A stretch of 64,000 bases of DNA, from the NCBI GenBank assembly GCA_965203055.1, contig OZ241863.1, positions 4,448,001-4,512,000 of the forward strand. Direction: 5' to 3'. Below, one piece after another: positions 28,801 to 43,800 of this stretch. The position numbers were made by a program, and so were the translations under genes. Positions within the stretch are counted from its first letter, which is position 1. Each line of letters starts with the position of its first letter. The DNA is from Spirochaetia bacterium. GTDB taxonomy: Bacteria; Spirochaetota; Spirochaetia; SZUA-6; Bin103. A model generated the notes under the pieces. That model saw only the letters and a list, made by a program, of their open reading frames with translations, did not search any database and was not told the origin of the DNA.

Positions 28801-31800
28801 GTGCGCTTCTCCTACACGGTGGCGGCGGCCGATGCGGACCCCGACGGCCTGGGCGTCGCCGCCGCGGCGCTGACCCTGAACCGCGGGGCGATCCGCGACC
28901 TCGACGGCCAGGACGCCGTGCCCGGTCTGGGCAGCCACGCGCGGACCGCCTTCGCCAACGCCAAGGTGGACGGGAGCAGGACCGGCCTCTGGCCGGACTT
29001 CGGCTCGGCGGCCAGCCCCGCGCTCTCCCTGATTGCGGGAACGACGGCGACTCACGCGCTGCCGACCGCGGCCGGCGGCGATACGCCGCTGCGCTACACC
29101 GTTTCGCCCGGGCTGCCCGCCGGGCTGAGCGTGAACGCCTCCACCGCGGTCCTCTCCGGCGCGCCCAGGACCGAGAGCCCGCAAACCGATTACACGCTGA
29201 CGGCGACCGACGCCAACGGCGACGCCGCGACGCTGGCCTTCACCCTCAAGGTGTTGGGCAGCCGGCCGGTGGTAAGCGGCGTGTCGATCGCCTCCACGCC
29301 GCTTGCCGGGGACACCTACGGCGCCAGCGAGGTGATCCTGGTCGACGTGACCTTCGAGCGCACCGGCACCGGCGCGATGACGGTGCGCGGCGCGCCGCGG
29401 CTGGCGATCGCCGTCGGCGCCGCCGCGCGGCAGGCGTCGTTCCTCTCCGTCTCCGGCGCGACGCTGCGGTTCCGCTACACGGCGCAGGCCGAGGACCGGG
29501 ACACGGACGGCATTGCCGTCGCCGCGGACGCGCTGGCGCTCAACGGCGGTCTGATCCGCGACGCCGCGAGCAACAACGCGATCCTGGGCCTTGGCCGCCA
29601 TGCCCTTGCCGCGGCGCCGGCGCACAAGGTGGACGGCAGCGCCGGCCGCGCCCCGGCGGTGGCCGGAGTGCGGATGATCTCGGCGCCGGCGAGCGGCAAC
29701 ACCTACACGCTGGGCGAGACCATCGAGGTGGCGGTGCGCTTCGACCAGGCGGTCGGCGTCTCCGGGATGCCGAACCTGGCGCTGACCCTCGGCTCGGCCA
29801 CCGCGCGGGCGGCCTGGAACCGTACCGGGGCGAGCCCGACCACGCAGATCTTCCGCCACGTGGTGCAGGCGGCGGACCGGGACGCCGACGGCCTCTCCAT
29901 CGGCGCGAGCGCGCTGGCGCTGGGCGGCGGCACGATCCGCAACCTCCGCGGCAGGGACGCGGCGCTCGGCCTCGGCAGCCACGCGCTGGGCAATCAGAGG
30001 GCGCACAAGGTGGACGGATCGAAGAATCCGGCCCCGCTGGTGACCGGCGTCTCCCTCCGCTCCTTCCAGCGGGACGGCTGGTACGACCACGGCGAGGTCG
30101 TCGAGGCGCGGGTGACGTTCAACAAGGCGGTGGCGGTGACCGGCAGCCCGCAACTGGCGATCGCCATCGGCGCCACCACGCGGCAGGCGTCCTTGCACGC
30201 CGCGAGCGGCGCCCGCGTGGACTTCCGCTACACGGTGCAGGACGGCGACCACGACACCGACGGCCTCTCCATCGGCGCGGGCGCGCTGGCGCTCAATGGC
30301 GGGACGATCCGCAACAACGGGGTGGACGCGGCGCTCGGCCTCGGCAGCCACGCGCTGGGCAGTCAGGCGGCGCACAAGGTGGACGGCCGCATGGCCAAGG
30401 TGACGGGCGTCACCATCGAAACCACTCCGGCCGGCAGCGCCGGCTACGGCGCGGGCGAAGAGATCCGGGTACGGGTCGATTTCGACCTGGCGCTCGGCAA
30501 CTATCAAGGCTCCAGGCTGGCGCTGACCATCGGCGACGACACGCGCCAGGCCACCTTCGCCTACGCCCGCAGAAGCATCGGCATGCCGTTGGGCAACCTG
30601 AACCGGTTGCACTACACCTACACGGTCCGGGCGACGGACCGGGACGCGGACGGCCTCTCCATCGCGGCGAACGCGCTGAGCGGAACCATCCGGCGGCGGG
30701 ACGGCAACCCGGCGCGGACGGACCTCGGCAGCCACGCGCGGGGCGCCCAGGCGGCGCACAAGGTGACCGGCGCGGTGGTGACGCCCCGTGTGACCAGTAT
30801 TTCCATCAACGGTCCGCTGAACGGCGTCACCTTCGGGCTCGGGGAAAAGATCATGGTGACGCTCCAGTTCAACGCGCCGGTCGCCGCGTCGCGGGGGGCG
30901 CATCTGGCGCTGACCGTGGGCAACGCCACGCACCGGCTGAACGCCCGCGGCGTGGGCCCCCGTGTCTACAAGTCGAATTACGGATTCCAATACGTGGTAC
31001 AGGCGTCCGACCGGGACGCGGACGGCATCGGCATCGCCGCCGACGGGTTGACGCTTCCCCAGGGCGGAACCCTGCGCAGCGCGGTGGGGGTGGACGCGGC
31101 GCTCGGCCTCCCCGCGGCGCCGGTGCGCAAAGTGGACGGCAGCCACAACCCGCCGGCGAAGGGGATTCAGGTGCTCCGTGGCCAGGCGCGCCACGACACC
31201 TTCCTCGCGGGCGAGTCCTTCGACGTCGTGGTCTTCTGGACCAAGCCGGTGACGATCACCGGCACGCCGACCCTGGCGATGCAGGTGGGCAGCGTCACGC
31301 GCCGCCTCAGGCTGGTGCGCGGCGGCGGGACGGAGGCCTTCTTCCGGTACACGGTGCGGCATGACGACCGCGACCCGGACGGCGTGAGCATCGCGGCCGA
31401 CGCGCTGCGCCTGGAGGGCGCCAGCATCACGGGGCCGGGCGGCAAGGCGGCGCAGCTCCGCCTCACCAAGTCGATCGTGAACGACGCTTCCTTCAAGGTC
31501 GGCAGCGCCGCGCGGCCGACGCCGACCTTCGGCGCGGCGGTGGTGCCGGCCCGGGACTGGACGGTGGGCGTGCCGGTGAACTTCACGCTGCCGCCGGCGA
31601 CCGACGGGAGCGGTACGCTACGCTACGCGCTGCTCGGGCCGTCCGTGACGCCCGGCCAATACCGGACCGCCTATCTGTGGCTGCCGCCCGGGCTGCGCTA
31701 TACCGCCCCGGCCAACCACACGCTGAGCGGCGGCACGATCAGCGGCACGATCAGCGGCCACACGCCCACCGACAATGACATGAACGGCCGCACTTGGCGG

Positions 31801-34800
31801 CTGACGGCCACGGACGCCGACGCCGACACGGCGACCCTGGACTTCCTCGCCCGGATCGTTCCCGACCGGACGCCGAGCTTCGGCGACGCGGCCATCGACG
31901 ATCAGGCGTGGATCGAGAACGCGGCGGTCACCGCCTTCGACCTGCCGGAGGCGACCGGCGGCAACGGCGACCTCACCTACACGCTGGCGCCGGCGCTGCC
32001 GGGCGGGGTGTCGCGCGCCGGGCGGCGGGTGAGCGGCGCGCCGGGCGCGGCCATGGCGCGGACGCAATACACCTGGACGGCGACGGACGCCGACGGCGAC
32101 CAGGCTGCGCTGACCTTCTACGTCACGGTGGCCGCGGACAGCGCGCCCAGCTTCGGCGAGGCCGCGATCTCCGACCTGTCCTGGCTGCAGGGCTCGCCCA
32201 TCACCGAGGTCACCCTGCCCGAGGCGACCGGCGGCAACGCCCCGCTCACCTACGGGATCGCGACCCCGGGATCGACGCGGGTCGGGACGCAGGGGCTGCC
32301 CCAGGGGATCGAGCTCGACGGGCGCGTGCTGAAGGGCACGCCGACCGAGGTCCAGGAGTCGTCCGACGTCGACTACGCCTGGCTGGTGGTCGACGCGGAC
32401 GGCGATACGGCGGAGCTCACCTTCGACATCGAGGTGTACGCCGACCTGTTGCCGAGCTTCGGCGACGCGGCGCTCGCCGACCGGACGTGGACGCAGCGCC
32501 AGGCGATTACCGCCTTCACCCTGCCGGCGGCCACCGGCGGCGACGGCGACCTGACCTATGCGCTGACGCCTGACCTGCCGGCCGGCGTGGTCCGCGACGC
32601 CGCGACGCGCGAAGTTTCCGGGACGCCGACCGCGGCGCTGGCCGCGACCACCTACACCTGGGCGGCGACGGACGCTGACGGCGACACGGTGGAGCTGACC
32701 TTCACCGCGGCCGTGGACGGCATCCCCACCTTCGGCGACGCGGCCATCGCCGACGTGACGTGGACGAAGGGCAAGGCGATCGATGCCTTCACCCTGCCGG
32801 AGGCGGCGGGCGGCGACGGCCGGCTGACCTATACGCTGGCGCCCGATCCGCCTGCGGGCGTGGTCCGCGACACGACGACGCGCGAGGTTTCGGGCACGCC
32901 GACCGGGGGGCTGGCGCGGTCCGGGTTCCGGTGGAGAGTCCGGGACGAGGACGGGGACGAGGCGGTCCTCGAGTTCCACGTCACCATCGTCATACCGCCC
33001 GCGGTGACGCTGGCCCTCTCCGCCTCGACCATCGACGAGAGCGGGACCGCAAACACGGCGACGGTGACCGCGGCGCTGGACAAGGCGTCGAGCGCGGACA
33101 CGACGGTGACGGTCGCCGCGGCCGCAGGGGCGAACGCCGCGGCCGGCGACTTCACGCTGAGTACGGCGAAGACGCTGACCATCGCCGCCGGGGCGACCAC
33201 CAGCACCGGGACGGTGACCATCGCCGCGGTGGACAATGCCAAGGACGAACACGACAAGAGCGTCATCGTCTCCGGGAGCGCGGCCAACGACGATCTGGTG
33301 ACCGGCCCGGCAAACCTGACCTTGACGATCACCGACGACGACGCTGCGCCGACGGTGTCGATAGCCGCGGCGAGCGTGACCGAGGGGCCGGCGGGTTCGA
33401 CCGCGACCTTGGCGATCCCGGTGAGCTTGAGCGCGGCGAGCGGCAAGCAGGTGACGGTGCCCTACGAAGAAGGAACGGGCGGCACCGCGACCGCGGGCAC
33501 CGACTACACGGCGTTGTCTCCCGGCTCCCTGACCATCGCCGCGGGGGAGACGAGCGGGACCGTCGACGTATCGGTGACGGGCGACGGGGACGCCGAGCCG
33601 GACGAGACGGTGAAGGTGGTCCTGACCGGCTCGGTCAACGCCGCGCTGGGGACGGCGACGGGGACCGGCACGATCGTCGACGACGATCCTTCGGCGACGT
33701 CGGCGCTGGTGCTCACGCCTTCGACCATCGACGAGAGCGGGGCCGGCAACGAGGCGAGGGTGACGGCGACGTTGTCTCAGGCGGTGAACGGGGCGACGAC
33801 GGTGACGGTCTCGGCGACGGCGGGAACCAACGCCGAGGCGGGCGACTTCACGTTGAGCACGGCGAAGACGCTGACCATCGCGGCGGGCGCGACCACCAGC
33901 ACCGGGGCGGTGACGATCACGGCGGAGGACAACGGTGACGCCGAGCTCGACAAGTCGGTCACGGTGTCGGGAACCGTGGACAACGGCAACGTGAGCGCCC
34001 CGGACGCCGTGACGTTGACGATCGCCGACGACGACCGGCCGCCGACGCCGACGCTGTTCATCGACGCGCCGAAGGTCGCCGAGGGCGGGCCGGACGATCC
34101 CATGAAGTCGAACTCGCTGACCTGGACGGTGACGTTGACGCCGGCGAGCGACCGGGAGGTGCGGGTCTCCGTCGCGCTCGACCAGGAGGCCGGCACGGCG
34201 ACGGCGGGGACGGACCACGGATATCTGCCCCGGCCGCAACTGGCGTTCTCGCCGGGGGAGACCGGCAAGAAGATATCGGTGTCGGTGCACGGCGACTCGA
34301 CGGTGGAGCCGGACGAGACGGTGGTCGTGGCGCTGAGCGACCCGGTCAACGCGGAGCTGGGCGACACGTCCGGGACCGGCACGATCCTCGACGACGATGC
34401 GCCCACGGTGACGCTGGCGGTGGCGGACAGCGCCATCGCGGAGAACGGCGGGACGACGACGGTGACGGCGACGCTGAGCGGTGCCTCTAGCGCAGCGACG
34501 ACGGTGACGGTGACGACGGTGGCCGGGTCGTACACGGTGGGGTCGGACGCGACGATCACGATCGCGGCGGGGAAGACGGCGAACGCGGCGGACAGCGTGA
34601 CGATCACGGCAGTGGACGACGAGGTGGACAACGTGGGCGACCGGTCGGTGACGGTGGCGGGGACGGCGTCCAACACGAAAGGCGTGGGGACGGTGACCGG
34701 AGCGAGCCTCACCCTCACGGATGACGAAGCGACGCCGGAGGCGGCGCTGGTGCTGAGCGCCGAGACGATCGACGAGCACGACGGGACCGACCCGGGGGTG

Positions 34801-37800
34801 AGTGCGGTGACCGCGGCGCTCAGCCATGCGTCGAGCAAGGCGGTGACGCTGACGGTGGCGGCGGCGCCGGGGACGAACACCGTCGCGGGGGACTTCAGCC
34901 TGTCGAGCACGAAGACGCTGACCATCGCGGCGGGAGAGACGGAGAGCACCAGCAGGGTGACGATCGGGTCGGGGGCTACCGCGGGCGCCGTGACGGTGAC
35001 GGCGGTCGATGACACGACGGACGCGCCGGACAAGGAAGTGACGGTAACGGCGGCGGTGGGCGGGGACAGCGGAATAGCGGCCCCGCCGAGCGTGACGCTG
35101 ACGATCGAGGACGACGAAGTGGCGCCGGGGGTGACGCTGGCGGTGGCGGACTCGTCGGTCGCGGAGGACGGCGGAACGACGACGGTGACGGCGACGCTGA
35201 GCCACGCGTCGAGCGCGGCGACCACGGTGACGGTGACGGCGGTGGAAGGGTCGTACACGGTCGGCGAGGACGCGACGATCGAGATCGCGGCGGGAGAGAC
35301 GGCGAGCGCGGCGGACACCGCGACGATCACGGCGGTGAACGACGACGTGGACAACGTGGGCAACCGCACGGCGACGGTGAGCGGCACGGCGCAGAACAGC
35401 CAGGGCGCCGGGACGGTGATCGGTGCGGCGCTGACGCTGACCGACGACGAGGCGACGCCGACCGCGACGCTGGCGCTGAGCGCCGAGACGATCGACGAGC
35501 ACGACGGGACGAATCCGGGGAAGGCGACGGTGACGGCGAGTCTGAGCCGAGCATCGAGCGAGGCGGTGACGCTGACGGTGGCCGCGGCGGCCGGGACGAA
35601 CGCGGCGGCAGGCGACTTCAGCTTGTCGGACGCCACGACGTTGACGGTTGCGGCTGGCGCGACCAGCAGCACCGGCACGGTAACGGTGACGGCGGTGGAC
35701 AACACGACGGACGCGCCGGACAAGGAAGTGACGGTAACGGCGGCGGTGAGCGGCGACAGCGGAATAGCGGCCCCGGCAAGCGTGACGCTGACGATCGAGG
35801 ACGATGAGGCGGCGCCGGGGGTGACGCTGGCGGTGGCGGACTCGTCGGTCGCGGAGGACGGCGGAACGACGACGGTGACGGCGACGCTGAGCCATGCGTC
35901 GAGCGCCGCGACCACGGTGACGGTGACGGCGGTGGACGGGGCGTACACGGTGGGGCCGGACGCGACGATAGAGATCGCGTCGGGAGAGACGGCGAACGCG
36001 GCGGACACGGTGACGATCACCGCCGTGAACGACGACGTGGACAACGTCGGCGACCGGTCGGTGACGGTGAGCGGAACGGCGCAGAACGGCCAGGGCGTGG
36101 GGACGGTGACCGGCGCGGCGCTGACGCTGACCGACGACGAGGCGACGCCGACGGCGACGCTGGCGCTGAGCGCTGAGACGATCGACGAGCACGACGGGTC
36201 GGTCGCTGGGTCGGCGACGGTGACGGCGAGTCTGGACCGGGCGTCGAGCGAGGCGGTGACGCTGACGGTGGCTGCGGCGGCGGGGACGAACGCAGCGGCG
36301 GGCGACTTCAGCTTGTCGGACGCCACGACGTTGACGGTCGCGGCCGGAGCGACCAGCAGCACCGGCACGGTGACGGTGACGGCGGTCGATGACACGACGG
36401 ACGCGCCGGACAAGGAAGTGACGGTATCGGCGGCGGTGAGCGGGGGCAGCGGGATAGCGGCCCCGGCGAGCGTAACGCTGACGATCGAGGACGACGAAGC
36501 GGCGCCGGGGGTGACGCTGGCGGTGGCGGACTCGTCGATCGCGGAGGACGGCGGAACGACGACGGTGACGGCGACGCTGAGCCACGCGTCGAGCGCGGCG
36601 ACCACGGTGACGGTGACGGCGGTCGACGGGTCGTACACGGTCGGCGAGGACGCGACGATAGAGATCGCGGCGGGAGAGACGGCGAACGCGGCGGACACGG
36701 TGACGATCGCGGCGGTGAACGACGACGTGGACAACGTCGGAGACCGGTCGGTGACGGTGAGTGGGACGGCGCAGAACAGCCAGGGCGCCGGGAGCGTGAC
36801 GGGCGCGGCGCTGACGCTGACCGATGACGAGGCGACACCGACCGCGACGCTGGCGCTGAGCGCTGAGACGATCGACGAGCACGACGGGTCGGTTGCTGGG
36901 TCGGCGACGGTGACGGCGAGTCTGGACCGAGCGTCGAGCGAGGCGGTGACGCTGACGGTGGCTGCGGCAGCGGGGACGAACGCGGCGGCTGGGGACTTCA
37001 GCCTGTCGAGCGCGAAGACGCTGAGCATCGCCGCCGGAGCGACCAGCAGCACCGGAACGGTGACGGTGACGGCGGTCGATGACACGGCGGACGCGCCGGA
37101 CAAGGAAGTGACGGTGACGGCGGCGGTGAGCGGGGACAGCGGAATAGCGGCTCCCGCGAGCGTGACGCTGACGATCGAGGACGACGAGGCGGCGCCTGGG
37201 GTGACGCTGGCGGTCGCCGACAGCGCGATCGCCGAGAACGGCGGCACCACCACGGTGACCGCCACGCTCAGCCACGCGTCGAGCGCGGCGGCGACGATCA
37301 CGGTGACGGCGGTGACGGGCGCCTACACGGTCGGCGAGGACGCGACGATCACGATTGCAGCTGGAGCGACGGCGAACGCGGCGGACACGGTGACGATCGC
37401 GGCGGTGAACGACGACGTGGACAACGTGGGCAACCGGTCGGTAACGGTGAGCGGAACGGCGCAGAACAGTCAGGGCGTGGGGACGGTGACCGGAGCGAGC
37501 CTCACCCTCACGGATGACGAGGGAGCGCCGACGGCGACGCTGACGCTGAGTGCTGAGACGATCGACGAGCACGACGGGACGAATCCGGGGAAGGCGACGG
37601 TGACGGCGACGTTGAACCGAGCGTCGAGCGAGGCGGTGACGCTGACGGTGGCTGCGGCGGCCGGGACGAACGCCGTGGCGGGCGACTTCAGCCTGTCGAG
37701 CACGAAGACGCTGAGCATCGCCGCCGGAGCGACCAGCAGCACCGGCACGGTGACGGTGACGGCGGTCGATGACACGACGGACGCGCCGGACAAGGAAGTG

Positions 37801-40800
37801 ACGGTATCGGCGGCGGTGGGCGGGGACAGCGGGATAGCGGCCCCCGCGAGCGTGACGCTGACGATCGAGGACGACGAAGCGGCGCCGGAGGTGACGTTGG
37901 CGGTGACCGACTCGTCGATCGCGGAGGACGGCGGTACGACGACGGTGACGGCGACGCTGAGCCATGCGTCGAGCGCGGCGACCACGGTGACGGTGACGGC
38001 GGTGGACGGGTCGTACACGGTCAGCGATGACGCGACGATCGAGATCGCGGCGGGAGAGACGGCGAACGTGACGGACAGCGTGACGATCACCGCCGTGAAC
38101 GACGCGATCGACAACGTGGGCAGCCGCGCGGTAACGGTAAGCGGAACGGCGCAGAACAGCCAGGGCGTAGGAACCGTGACGGGAGCAAGCCTCACCCTCA
38201 CGGACGACGAGGCGACGCCGACGGTGACGCTGGCCCTGAGCGCTGAGACGATCGACGAGCACGACGGGACGAATCCGGGGAAGGCGACGGTGACGGCGAC
38301 GTTGAACCGAGCGTCGAGCGAGGCGGTGACGCTGACGGTGGCTGCGGCGGCCGGGACGAACGCGGCGGCGGGCGACTTCAGCCTGTCGAGCACGAAGACG
38401 CTGAGCATCGCCGCCGGAGCGACGACGAGCACCGGAACGGTGACGGTAACGGCGGTCGATAACACGACGGACGCGCCGGACAAGGAAGTGACGGTAACGG
38501 CGGCGGTGAGCGGGGACAGCGGGATAGCGGCCCCGGCGGCGCAGACGCTGACGATCGAGGACGACGAAGCGGCGCCGGGGGTGACGTTGGCGCTGGCCGA
38601 CAGCGCGATCAACGAGAACGGCGGAACGACGACGGTGACGGCGACGCTGAGCCACGCGTCGAGCGCGGCGACGACGATAACGGTACAGCCGGTGACGGGC
38701 GCCTACACGGTGGGGACGGCTGCGACGATCGAGATCGCGGCGGGAGAGACGGCGAACGCGTCGGACAGCGTGACGATCACGGCGGAGAACGACGCGATCA
38801 ACAACGTCGGCGGCCAGCCGGTGACGGTGGGCGGCGCGGCGCAGAACAGCCATGGCGTGGGGACGGTGACGGGAGCGAGCCTCACCTTCAAAGGGAGGCT
38901 GGTGCTGAATCGTGAGACGGGCGAAGCGGCGCCTGGGGTGACGCTGGCGGTGGCGGACAGCGCGATCAACGAGAACGGCGGGACGACGACGGTGACCGCC
39001 ACGCTGAGTCACGCGTCGAGCGCGGCGACGACGATCACCGTACAGCCGGTGTCAGGCGCCTACACGGTGGGGACGGACGCGACGATCGAGATCGCGGCGG
39101 GAGAGACGGCGAACACGGCGGACACGGCGACGATCACGGCGGTGAACGACGACGTGGACAACGTGGGCGACCGGTCGGTGACGGTGAGCGGAACGGCGCA
39201 GAACAGCCAGGGCGTAGGAACCGTGACGGGAGCAAGTCTCACCCTCACGGACGACGAGGCGACGCCGACGGTGACGCTGGCCCTGAGCGCTGAGACGATC
39301 GACGAGCACGACGGGACGAATCCGGGGAAGGCGACGGTGACGGCGAGTCTGGATCGAGCGTCGAGCGAGGCGGTGACGCTGACAGTGACTGCGGCGGCCG
39401 GGACGAACGCGGCGGCGGGTGACTTCAGCCTGTCGAGCGCGAAGACGCTGAGCATCGCCGCCGGAGCGACCAGCAGCACCGGAACGGTGACGGTGACGGC
39501 GGTCGATAACACGGTCGACGCGCCGGACAAGGAAGTGACGGTAACGGCGACGGTGAGCGGGAACAGCGGAATAGCGGCCCCCGCGAGCGTGACGCTGACG
39601 ATCGAGGACGATGAAGCGGCGCCGGGGGTGACGTTGGCGCTGGCCGACAGCGCGATCAACGAGAACGGCGGAACGACGACGGTGACGGCGACGCTGAGCC
39701 ACGCGTCGAGCGCGGCGACGACGATAACGGTACAGCCGGTGACGGGCGCCTACACGGTGGGGACGGCTGCGACGATCGAGATCGCGGCGGGAGAGACGGC
39801 GAACGCGTCGGACAGCGTGACGATCACGGCGGAGAACGACGCGATCAACAACGTCGGCGGCCAGCCGGTGACGGTGGGCGGCGCGGCGCAGAACAGCCAT
39901 GGCGTGGGGACGGTGACGGGAGCGAGCCTCACCTTCAAAGGGAGGCTGGTGCTGAATCGTGAGACGGGCGAAGCGGCGCCTGGGGTGACGCTGGCGGTGG
40001 CGGACAGCGCGATCGCCGAGAACGGCGGAACGACGACGGTGACCGCCACGCTGAGTCACGCGTCGAGCGCGGCGACGACGATCACCGTACAGCCGGTGTC
40101 AGGCGCCTACACGGTGGGGACGGACGCGACGATCGAGATCGCGGCGGGAGAGACGGCGAACACGGCGGACACGGCGACGATCACGGCGGTGAACGACGAC
40201 GTGGACAACGTGGGCGACCGGTCGGTGACGGTGAGCGGAACGGCGCAGAACAGCCAGGGCGTAGGAACCGTGACGGGAGCAAGCCTCACCCTCACGGACG
40301 ACGAGGCGACGCCGACGGTGACGCTGGCCCTGAGCCCTGAGACGGTCGACGAGCACGACGGGGCGAATCCGGGGAAGGCGACGGTGACGGCGACGTTGAA
40401 CCGAGCGTCGAGCGAGGCGGTGACGCTGACGGTGGCTGCGGCGGCGGGGACGAACGCGGCGGCGGGTGACTTCAGCCTGTCGAGCGCGAAGACGCTGAGC
40501 ATCGCGGCGGGAGCGACGACGAGCACCGGTACGGTGACGGTGACGGCGGTCGATGACCCGACGGACGCGCCGGACAAGGAAGTGACGGTGACGGCGGCGG
40601 TGAGCGGTGACAGCGGGGTAGCCGCTCCGGCGTCGAAGACGCTGACGATCGAAGACGACGAAGCGGCGCCGGGGGTGACGCTGGCGGTGACCGACTCGTC
40701 GGTCGCGGAGAACGGCGGGACGACGACGGTGACCGCCACGCTCAGCCACGCATCGAGCGCGGCGACGACGATCACGGTACAACCGGTGTCGGGCGCCTAC

Positions 40801-43800
40801 ACGGTGGGGTCGGACGCGACGATCACGATTGCTGCCGGGGCGACGGCGAACACGGCGGACACGGCGACGATCACGGCGGTGAACGACGACGTGGACAACG
40901 TGGGCAACCGCACGGCGACGGTGAGCGGGACGGCGCAGAACAGCCAGGGCGTGGGAACGGTGACCGGAGCAAGTCTCACCCTCACCGATGACGAAGCGAC
41001 GCCGACGGCGACGCTGGTGCTGAGTCCCGAGACGATTGACGAGAACAACGGGACGAATCCGGGGAAGACGACGGTGACGGCGAGTCTGAACCGAGCGTCG
41101 AGCGAGGCGGTGACGCTGACGGTGGCCGCGGCGGCGGGGACGAACGCAGTAGCGGGCGACTTCAACCTGTCGAGCGCGAAGACGCTGAGCATTGCCGCCG
41201 GAGCGACCAGCAGCACCGGTACGGTGACGGTGACGGCGGTCGATGACACGACGGACGCGCCGGACAAGGAAGTGACGGTGACGGCGGCGGTGAGCGGGGA
41301 CAGCGGGGTAGCGGCCCCGGCGTCGAAGACGCTGACGATCGAGGACGACGAAGCGGCGCCGGGGGTGACGTTGGCGGTGGCGGATTCGTCGATTGCGGAG
41401 AACGGAGGATCGACGACGGTCACGGCGACGCTCTCCCACCCGTCGAGCGCCGCGACGACGATCACCGTACAGCCGGTGTCAGGCGCCTACACCGTGGGGT
41501 CGGACGCGACGATCACGATCGCAGCCGGGGCGACGGCGAACGCCGCGGACACGGCGACGATCACGGCGGTGAACGACGCGATCGACAACGTGGGCAACCG
41601 CACGGCGACGGTGAGCGGGACGGCGCAGAACAGCCAGGGCGTGGGAATGGTGACGGGAGCGAGCCTGACCCTCACCGACGACGAGGGAGCGCCGACCGCG
41701 ACGCTGGCGCTGAGCCCCGAGACGATCGACGAGCACGACGGGACGAATCCCGGGAAGGCGACGGTGACGGCGACGTTGAACCGAGCGTCCAGCGAGGCGG
41801 TGACGCTGACGGTGGCTGTGGCGGCGGGGAAGAACGCGGCGGCGGGCGACTTCACGTTGTCGAGCACGAAGACGCTGAGCATCGCGGCGGGAGCGACGAC
41901 GAGCACCGGAACGGTGACGGTGACGGCGGTCGACAACACGGCGGACGCGCCGGACAAGGAAGTGACGGTCACGGCGGCGGTGACCGGGGACAGCGGGGTA
42001 GCGGCGCCGGCGAGCGTAACGTTGACGATCGAGGACGACGAAGCGGCGCCGGGGGTGACGTTGGCGGTGGCGGACAGCGCCATCGCCGAGAACGGCGGGA
42101 CGACCACGGTGACCGCCACGCTGAGCCATGCGTCGAGCGCGACGACGACGATCACCGTACAGCCGGTGACGGGCGCCTACACGGTGGGGTCGGACGCGAC
42201 GATCACGATCGGGGCGGGAGAGACGTCGAACGCGGCGGACACGGCGACGATCACGGCGGTGAACGACGCGGTCGACAACGTGGGCAACCGCACGGCGACG
42301 GTGAGCGGGACGGCGCAGAACAGCCAGGGCGTGGGGACGGTGACCGGAGCGAGCCTGACCCTCACGGATGACGAGGGAGCGCCGACGGCGACGCTGGTGC
42401 TGAGTCCTGAGACGATCGACGAGCACGACGGGACGAATCCGGGGAAGGCGACGGTGACGGCGAGTCTGAACCGAGCGTCGAGCGAGGCAGTGACGCTGAC
42501 GGTGTCTGCGGCGGCGGGGACGAACGCGGCGGCGGGCGACTTCACGTTGTCGAGCACGACGACGCTGAGCATCGCCGCCGGAGCGACCAGCAGCACCGGG
42601 ACGGTGACGGTGACGGCGGTCGACGACGCGGTCGACGCGCCGGACAAGGAAGTGACGGTAACGGCGGCAGTGAGCGGGGACAGCGGGATAGCGGCCCCCG
42701 CGAGCGTGACGCTGACGATCGAGGACGATGAAGCGGCGCCGGGGGTGACGCTGGCGGTGGCCGACAGCGCGATCGCTGAGAACGGCGGGTCCACCACGGT
42801 GACGGCGACGCTGAGCCATGCGTCGAGCGCGGCGACGACGATCACGGTGCAGCCGGTGACGGGCGCCTACACGGTCGGGTCAGACGCGACGATCACGATT
42901 GCAGCCGGGGCGACGGCGAACACGGCGGACACGGTGACGATCACGGCGGTGAACGACGCGATCGACAACGTGGGCAACCGCACGGTGACGGTGAGCGGGA
43001 CGGCGCAGAACAGTCAGGGCGTGGGGACGGTGACCGGAGCGAGCCTGACCCTCACGGATGACGAGGGAGCGCCGACGGCGATGCTGGCGCTGAGTCCCGA
43101 GACGATCGACGAGCACGACGGGACGAATCCGGGGAAGGCGACGGTGACGGCGAGTCTGGATCGTGCGTCGAGCGAGGCGGTGACGCTGACGGTGTCTGCG
43201 GCGGCCGGGACGAACGCGGCTGCGGGCGACTTCAGCCTTTCGAGCACGAAGACGCTGAGCATCGCCGCCGGAGCGACGACGAGCACCGGCACGGTGACGG
43301 TGACGGCGGTCGATGACACGACGGACGCGCCGGACAAGGAAGTGACGGTAACGGCAACGGTGAGCGGGGACAGCGGGATAGCGGCCCCCGCGGCGCAGAC
43401 GCTGACGATCGAAGACGACGAAGCGGCGCCTGGGGTGACGCTGGCGGTGGCCGACAGCGCGATCGTCGAGAACGGTGGAACGACGACGGTGACCGCCACG
43501 CTGAGCCACGCATCGAGCGCGGCGACCACCATCACGGTGACCGCGGTCGACGGGGCCTACACGGTCGGGACCGACGCGACGATCGAGATCGCGGCGGGAG
43601 AGACGGCGAACGCGGCCGACACGGTGACGATCACGGCGGTGGATGACGCGATCGACAACACGGTCAACCGGACGGTGACGGTGAGCGGAACGGCGCAGAA
43701 CAGTCAGGGCGTGGGGACGGTAACCGGAGCAAGCCTCACCCTCACGGATGACGAGGGAGCGCCGACGGCGACGCTGGCGCTGAGCCCTGAGACGATAGCC

